Assembly: GCA_965237675.1 (NCBI GenBank)
Contig: OZ250150.1
Location: forward strand, 3,840,001 to 3,904,000
From: Candidatus Latescibacterota bacterium
GTDB lineage: Bacteria; Latescibacterota; UBA2968; GCA-2709665
Length of the DNA stretch: 64,000 bases
Direction of reading: 5' to 3'
Below are positions 58,602-64,000 of this stretch, piece by piece. The notes under the pieces were generated by a model. That model was given only the letters and a program-made list of their open reading frames with translations. It was not told the origin of the DNA and did no database searches. The stretch's first letter is position 1. Each line of letters opens with the position of its first letter. A program made the position numbers and the translations under genes.

Positions 58602-59320
58602 TTCTGAAGGCTCGGAACCTGGTGAAAGCCTACCATCGCCAGCGGGTTGTCAATGGTGTCGGCGTGGAGGTGAATCCGGGAGAGGTCGTGGGTCTTCTAG
58701 GCCCCAACGGAGCGGGCAAGACCACCACCTTTCACCTGATCGTGGGCCTGATTCCGTGCAAGCGGGGGGAAATTTTCCTCGGAGGAGAGAAAATTACCGG
58801 CATGCCGATGTACATTCGGGCGCGGAAGGGCATCGGCTATCTGGCACAGGAACCCTCCGTTTTCCGTAAACTAACCGTGAAGCAGAATGTCCTTGCCGTG
58901 CTGGAAACACTCCGCCTGTCGCCTGAAGAACGGGAAACCCGCATGGAGGCGCTTCTGCAGGAATTAGGACTCTCGAATCTCGCGAACCGCAGGGCGGATC
59001 GGCTCTCCGGCGGCGAAGCCCGCAGACTGGAGATTACTCGAGCCCTGGCCAGGCGTCCCAGATTCCTGCTTCTGGATGAACCGTTCGCTGGCATTGACCC
59101 AAAGGCGGTCGAAGATATCCAGGCCATTATCCGTTCACTAAAAGAACGGCGGATCGGTTTGCTGATTACGGATCACAACGTACGCGAAACCCTGGCGATC
59201 ACCGACAGGTCCTATATTCTCTCTAAAGGAAAGATTCTGACCTCCGGCAGTCCGGTTGAACTGGCGGAGAACCCGGAGGTACGGCGTGTATACCTCGGGG
59301 ACCGTTTCCGATTGGATTGA
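58598..59320 (+). CDS. lptB: LPS export ABC ATPase LptB
   Basis: [49 protein letters not shown]. Confidence 0.96.
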   Translation: MILKARNLVKAYHRQRVVNGVGVEVNPGEVVGLLGPNGAGKTTTFHLIVGLIPCKRGEIFLGGEKITGMPMYIRARKGIGYLAQEPSVFRKLTVKQNVLAVLETLRLSPEERETRMEALLQELGLSNLANRRADRLSGGEARRLEITRALARRPRFLLLDEPFAGIDPKAVEDIQAIIRSLKERRIGLLITDHNVRETLAITDRSYILSKGKILTSGSPVELAENPEVRRVYLGDRFRLD

Positions 59321-59333
59321 CAGAAAAATAGGA

Positions 59334-59362
59334 TTGTCACGCGGCCCTCTTTTCCTTATTAT
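59334..59362 (+). promoter_or_regulatory. Putative sigma70 promoter for rpoN
   Basis: TTGTCA-N17-TATTAT. Confidence 0.6.
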
Positions 59363-59440
59363 TTTTCCAGGTGATGAATTGGTAACGGATCGAAATGTCG
59401 TTCAGGCAATCGGTGACAACCTGGTGGGAGATAAATAACA

Positions 59441-59453
59441 CAACACGTTGATT
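59441..59453 (-). promoter_or_regulatory. IHF-type binding site
   Basis: Minus strand AATCAACGTGTTG is an exact match to WATCAANNNNTTR, in an AT-rich context. Confidence 0.45.
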
Positions 59454-59549
59454 TACGCAATTTAATCAACATCATACGAAATTGAACCCATCGCTGGGAA
59501 GTTTGTCTGTCCCGATTTCAACCGCCTTTTCAGGAAGATTTACAGGCAA

Positions 59550-61019
59550 ATGATTCAACTGACCCAAACCGTTTCCTTACAACAGAAGTTGGCACCCCAA
59601 CTCATTCAGTCCTTGCGGCTTCTACAGATGCCCTCTCTGGAGTTGGAACAGCTGATTCAGCAGGAACTGCAGACCAATCCGCTGTTGGAAATCTCTGAAG
59701 AGGCCGGTCGTGAAGAGGAGGAATGGGACCTGGAGTTGGATCCGCCGGACACGGAAGATGCCGAGACCGAGGGAAAAGAAGCGGATGATGCGCGCCTTCC
59801 GGAACTTGAATTCGGGGACGGTACGACCCCCGATGGCCGTTTCGATGAAAACCATTGGAACGAGCTTCTTAACGATTCCGGATATTCCGTGCCCCGACAG
59901 GAGTTCGATCCCAATGCTGAAGAATGGGAGTACGACGGCGCGGCGCGTCAGTCATTGGAAGCGGAGTTACGAGGCCAACTCTCGCTTACTGATTTAAACG
60001 AAGATGAGCGGAAGATTGGCGAATACATCATCGGCAATATCGACGAGGACGGTTTCTTGCAGGCACAGATCGAGGATATTGCAATGATGCTCGGAAAAGA
60101 GGACAAGACGGTGGAACGGATTCTGGAAGTTGTTCAGACGTTCGATCCGCCGGGCGTGGGCGCGAGGAACCTCCAGGAGGGCCTGGCGATCCAGCTTCGT
60201 GAGCAGGGGTTGGAGGATTCTCTGGCGATGCAGATCGTGCGCAATTACTGGGATGACCTGGTGAACCGCCGATATATAAAAATCTGTCGATCACTGGGTG
60301 TGGAACGGACGGCAATTGCCACCGCCGAAGGGGTCATATCGGGCTTGAATCCGAAACCGATGATCTACAGGGAAGAGCGAATCAATCACAATCTGGTTGT
60401 ACCCGATATTGAGGTCCAGAAGGTTGGCGACGAGTACGTGGTTTTTCTGATCGACCGCAATCTTCCTTCGCTGCGGGTCAGCCCGGTCTACAGGACTCTG
60501 CTGAGCAAGTCCGGAAAACCGGGAAGTCAGGCCAGGAAGTTCGTCGTCGATCGTCTGAATTCCGCACGCTGGTTCATCAGCGCGATCAACCAGCGCCGTG
60601 CCACGATGCTGAAGGTCATGCGTTGTATTGTCGAAAGTCAACGTGCATTCTTTGACAAGGGAGTCGGATTTCTGAAGCCCATGGTGCTCCAGGAGGTTGC
60701 CGATGGGGTAAACATGCATGTGTCAACAATTAGCCGGGTAAGCAACGGGAAATACGTACAGACGCCACACGGTGTTTTTGAGTTGAAGTACTTTTTCGAC
60801 GTTGGACTGCCCCGCAGCGACGGCGAAGAAATAGCCGCAAGGAGCGTAAAACAAAAAATCGCCAGGTTGATCGCTGAGGAGAACACCAGAAAGCCTTTGA
60901 GTGATCAGAAAATCGCTGATTTTCTGAAAGATGACGGCATCGCTATTGCCCGGCGTACGGTAGCCAAGTATAGGGACCAATTGAAGATCAATCCCGCCAG
61001 GTATCGAAAGTCGATTTAA
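59550..61019 (+). CDS. rpoN: RNA polymerase sigma-54 factor
   Basis: Q-rich region I (LAPQLIQSLRLLQ), PPGVGARNL, HVSTISR, RpoN box ARRTVAKYR. Confidence 0.97.
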   Translation: MIQLTQTVSLQQKLAPQLIQSLRLLQMPSLELEQLIQQELQTNPLLEISEEAGREEEEWDLELDPPDTEDAETEGKEADDARLPELEFGDGTTPDGRFDENHWNELLNDSGYSVPRQEFDPNAEEWEYDGAARQSLEAELRGQLSLTDLNEDERKIGEYIIGNIDEDGFLQAQIEDIAMMLGKEDKTVERILEVVQTFDPPGVGARNLQEGLAIQLREQGLEDSLAMQIVRNYWDDLVNRRYIKICRSLGVERTAIATAEGVISGLNPKPMIYREERINHNLVVPDIEVQKVGDEYVVFLIDRNLPSLRVSPVYRTLLSKSGKPGSQARKFVVDRLNSARWFISAINQRRATMLKVMRCIVESQRAFFDKGVGFLKPMVLQEVADGVNMHVSTISRVSNGKYVQTPHGVFELKYFFDVGLPRSDGEEIAARSVKQKIARLIAEENTRKPLSDQKIADFLKDDGIAIARRTVAKYRDQLKINPARYRKSI

Positions 61020-61154
61020 ACGCGGGAAGGACACCAGCACCTGAAAAAAACGGCCGACGGAATCTTGAGCGTTGTCGAATTTTCGCTCCGATCCCGCCGG
61101 TTTTTCTGTCTGGCTGCGTGTGTCGGCTTTGGGCGAGGCCCGCGGTTGGATGAT

Positions 61155-61940
61155 CTAACCGTCGGATTGGATGGCGCTGATTTCGTCCTTTGAGATCTTG
61201 TGTACACTCTTGGGATTGAAGGTTTGCCTTGTGCCCGACCGGAGCGCAACTTCGATTCGTCCTCCGGTAAGGACAAAAAACTGCAGAAGGAACCCACCGC
61301 CCTGCATCGATTCGACCTGATATTCTTCGATGTCCATCCCGTCGATCCATTCAGGAAGAAGTGTCCTGAAACGTGTATCCTCGCAAACGGATTGCGGTAG
61401 CGCCATAATCAACGTTCCAGGCGTATCATCCAAGGCATCACCGATGGTCCTTCGGATTTCAGCCAGGTAGGGGATCACCTTCCCGGCGTAATCGAAGTCG
61501 TCCTCGACGCCCCGCTCCGGCGGAACAATTCCCCACGTCATATGGTGTATAAATGGGTTTCCGTGACCCTGGGAAAGCATGTGATCCCGGGCCGCTTCAT
61601 CTACGGGATGGACGACCGCGACGTAGTCGAACCAGCCCTTGCCGCGAGCGGGGCTGTCTTCGGGCAGCCCTGACGGCACATTGATGTAGTCGTAACCGTC
61701 CACCGGCGACGGATAGCACCGGGTGTCCCACCCGGCAACGTAACCGATGCGCTTCAAGCGTCCGGCAAGAAGGTGCGGGGGGTCAACAAAAATGGCGGCA
61801 TGGTCGGGATTCGGCAACAGCGGTACTCCGGCGTCGGCGATTTTGCGTGCGACATCCAGCGCCTCAGGCAGCCGTTCGGGTGCGTTGTAGATGTCGAGTT
61901 GCTCATTGAAGTCGTCAGGCAGGATAACGTCCCCGGGCAT
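61155..61940 (-). CDS. Hypothetical protein, possible VOC/HPPD-like metalloenzyme
   Basis: GAGGAG RBS before ATG 61940 (alternative GTG 61964); DHAAI, IHHMTW, LLQFF...RIEVALR. Confidence 0.75.
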   Translation of the reverse strand: MPGDVILPDDFNEQLDIYNAPERLPEALDVARKIADAGVPLLPNPDHAAIFVDPPHLLAGRLKRIGYVAGWDTRCYPSPVDGYDYINVPSGLPEDSPARGKGWFDYVAVVHPVDEAARDHMLSQGHGNPFIHHMTWGIVPPERGVEDDFDYAGKVIPYLAEIRRTIGDALDDTPGTLIMALPQSVCEDTRFRTLLPEWIDGMDIEEYQVESMQGGGFLLQFFVLTGGRIEVALRSGTRQTFNPKSVHKISKDEISAIQSDG

Positions 61941-62383
61941 CTTGTTCTCCTCTTTGAAAAGCACGTTCCAGTGACCTCCTCCAGGAACATGTCACCATGC
62001 ATCCGCCTGTCTGCGTGCAGGTCTTCCGCACAGGCAGGCCGGTTCCTCCCGTCTTGCTTCGTTGCCCTTCGAGCCGGGCGACTCGTCGGCCGAATACCGG
62101 CAATCTGTTTCCGAAACAGAACACCAGATTGACCACGAGTATTGGTTTGACCAGACGGTCAAAGGACCGGCCCCGACGTTTAAAGAGACAACTTTACGAG
62201 TATATAATTGCGAACCGCATTCCCGGTGTCAAGCGGAATTCGATTTGAGGCGACGACCAAGGAACGATTCACCGGGTTGTCTGTGGGGTTGAAGGCGCGC
62301 CTGCAGTAAAGACGATACCGGCTAGAGATTCTGTAGCAAGGTGAGTCTAAGCGTATCGGACAAGATTGAACATTGCAGATTTC

Positions 62384-62409
62384 CCGGCTGTGCATCGGCC
62401 GGCTTTTTT
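62384..62409 (+). terminator. Intrinsic terminator
   Basis: CCGGCTG-tgcat-CGGCCGG followed by C and T6. Confidence 0.6.
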
Positions 62410-62544
62410 GTGTCAAATCAACCGGAAAAGGTTTTCAATTTCCCGACCCATTCTGAAAACTGTATTCATCACCGGGGCAATCGAGTCAGAAGTGTCCATA
62501 ACACAAATCATTAATAATAAGAAATTTATGTGCAACAATGCAAA

Positions 62545-62560
62545 TTGGCATACGGATTGC
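62545..62560 (+). promoter_or_regulatory. Sigma-54 (-24/-12) promoter
   Basis: TTGGCATACGGATTGC, with exact GG-N10-GC spacing, about 45 nt upstream of GTG 62604. Confidence 0.8.
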
Positions 62561-62603
62561 GTCGGTTTGGTGGATGTGTTGGCATTTGTAAAAGGAGAGT
62601 TAC

Positions 62604-64000
62604 GTGAAAAAGACCTTCTTGATTTTTATCGTTTGCCTGTTCCTGGATCAGAACGCCGCGTGCGCCCAGGCGGTCGCCACCCCCGATACGCTTCGCTTTG
62701 GCCCGGTACGTGTTGGGACTTCAGCACTGGATAGTGTCCGTCTCGTGAACACCGGGGAGGCCAACTTAATTATGACCTCGGTGGATGTTGGCGCAACCGC
62801 GTTCCAGCTTCCGGACGCTCCCTTTTCCGATGCAGACGTTGTGCTGTCGCCGGATCAGGCCGTGAGTCTACGGGTCCGTTTTGAACCTCTGGATCTGGTT
62901 GTCTTTTCCGAAAATCTGACCGTAGAAACCAGCAGCGGCGCTCTGAGTGTACACCTCGTCGGCGAAGGCGTTAGCGAAGTCGTGGTCATTCAAGAAATCC
63001 TTGCCGACCCCCCACTTGACCTGGAAGGCGACGCCAATGGAGACGGAGTACGCCACCGCAGTCAGGACGAATTCGTGGAACTGTTGAATATCGGATTCAC
63101 GCCCGTCGAGTTGGACGGATGGCAGTTGAGCGATGCGGGCGCCGCGGCGCAAGCGAGGTTTACGTTTCCGGAAAACACCCGGCTAGAACCAGGCGAGCGA
63201 GCGGTTCTGTTTGGCGGTGGTTTACCCACAGGTTTTTCGGGACCCGTGTTCGTGGACGATGGCACGATCGGTCGTGGTCTGAACAACCGTGGCGACGCGG
63301 TCTTCTTGATTGATCCAACGGGACCGGATACCATGGCGACCGCGGCTTACGGTACCGGGGCGGACAAGGATCAATCGCTCGTGCGCCACCCGCAGGGCCG
63401 GGGACCATTTGTTCTCCATAGCCTGTTCCCGGGCGACGGCGCGCTCTTTTCGCCGGGACGGGAGCGTGAGGTTATACAGCGAATCGAAATCGTCCCTTCA
63501 GATACCACGGTGAAACTGGGAGCTGTGATTCAGTTTGAAGCACAGGCTGTATTCCCGGAAAAGAGGGTGCATGCACTGGAGGACGGGATGGTCTGGCATT
63601 CGGCCGATGACGCGGTTATCAGTCTTATCGACGGCACCGGGACGGCGGTGGGCGTCGGTACTACAGAGATAACCGCCACGGTGGCGGACATAATGTCCGT
63701 TCCCGGCACGGTTGTGGTCAGGGCACCAAGCGTGTCGGCGCTGACGGTCGCGCCCGCCGATACCCATTTGGTGGTAGGTGACGCGTTCCTGTACCGGGTG
63801 TTTGCCGTGAACGGTGATGGCGTCGGGGGGCCAATCCGGTCCGGGTTGGTGTGGCATAGCTCCGATTCCACGGTCGCACTGCCTCAGGGCGACAACAGGA
63901 TCCTGGCCGAGGGACCGGGAAATGCCTCGGTGGTCGTTCATTTGGACTCCATGTCAGGCACAGCTGCGTTCCGGGCAGGCGACCCAGGAGATCCGAATGC
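62604..64000 (+). CDS. Secreted multidomain surface protein: signal peptide, ASH/choice-of-anchor-D-like Ig domain, lamin-tail domain, Big_2 Ig repeats (runs off the window; absent from the ORF track)
   Basis: AAAGGAG RBS; MKKTFLIFIVCLFL...PDTLRFGPVRVG...LVNTG...VVIQEILADPP..GDANGDG..DEFVELLN..V.LDGWQLSD; later WHSADD.V and WHSSDSTVA repeats. Confidence 0.88.
   Translation, partial: MKKTFLIFIVCLFLDQNAACAQAVATPDTLRFGPVRVGTSALDSVRLVNTGEANLIMTSVDVGATAFQLPDAPFSDADVVLSPDQAVSLRVRFEPLDLVVFSENLTVETSSGALSVHLVGEGVSEVVVIQEILADPPLDLEGDANGDGVRHRSQDEFVELLNIGFTPVELDGWQLSDAGAAAQARFTFPENTRLEPGERAVLFGGGLPTGFSGPVFVDDGTIGRGLNNRGDAVFLIDPTGPDTMATAAYGTGADKDQSLVRHPQGRGPFVLHSLFPGDGALFSPGREREVIQRIEIVPSDTTVKLGAVIQFEAQAVFPEKRVHALEDGMVWHSADDAVISLIDGTGTAVGVGTTEITATVADIMSVPGTVVVRAPSVSALTVAPADTHLVVGDAFLYRVFAVNGDGVGGPIRSGLVWHSSDSTVALPQGDNRILAEGPGNASVVVHLDSMSGTAAFRAGDPGDPN

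Noticed and set aside
1-64000. CRISPR array, prophage, tandem-repeat array, recognisable defence system
   Set aside because: No regularly spaced repeats or cas, phage or defence motifs were found by eye. A weak or degenerate repeat could have been missed without a self-alignment.

Overview
This is a GC-rich (roughly 60%, estimated by eye) bacterial chromosomal window, probably from a diderm of the FCB / Latescibacterota-like radiation. The lineage is an inference from the lptC-long OstA-lptB-rpoN block and the many PhyH, Gfo/Idh/MocA and hydantoinase catabolic genes. Housekeeping genes sit at both ends: hisS and an rnhB-yraN fusion on the left; acyP, apt, ruvX-mltG-pcrA, gatC, pyrG, lptCAB and rpoN on the right. 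Between them is about 45 kb of catabolic and accessory enzymes. There are two tRNAs (Gly-GCC, Arg-CCT) and one clean, recent IS630 insertion that splits a class V aminotransferase. I saw no CRISPR array, prophage or integrase. The most notable unexplained signals are: (1) a promoter-driven ~160-nt rod-shaped RNA with a central bubble (6S-like) at 27.2-27.4 kb; (2) a strong promoter, an SD-sequestering leader and two coupled ORFans upstream of ruvX; (3) a multi-zinc-finger ORFan; (4) a hydantoinase A-B fusion that still carries an internal RBS and start/stop overlap; (5) a T5C7 slippage site in the IS630 transposase; (6) a truncated arsC facing arsS; (7) an atypical CTP synthase; (8) an HPPD-like ORFan; (9) a sigma-54 promoter in front of a secreted lamin-tail/Ig protein. 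All family assignments come from motif recognition by eye, with no database searches.
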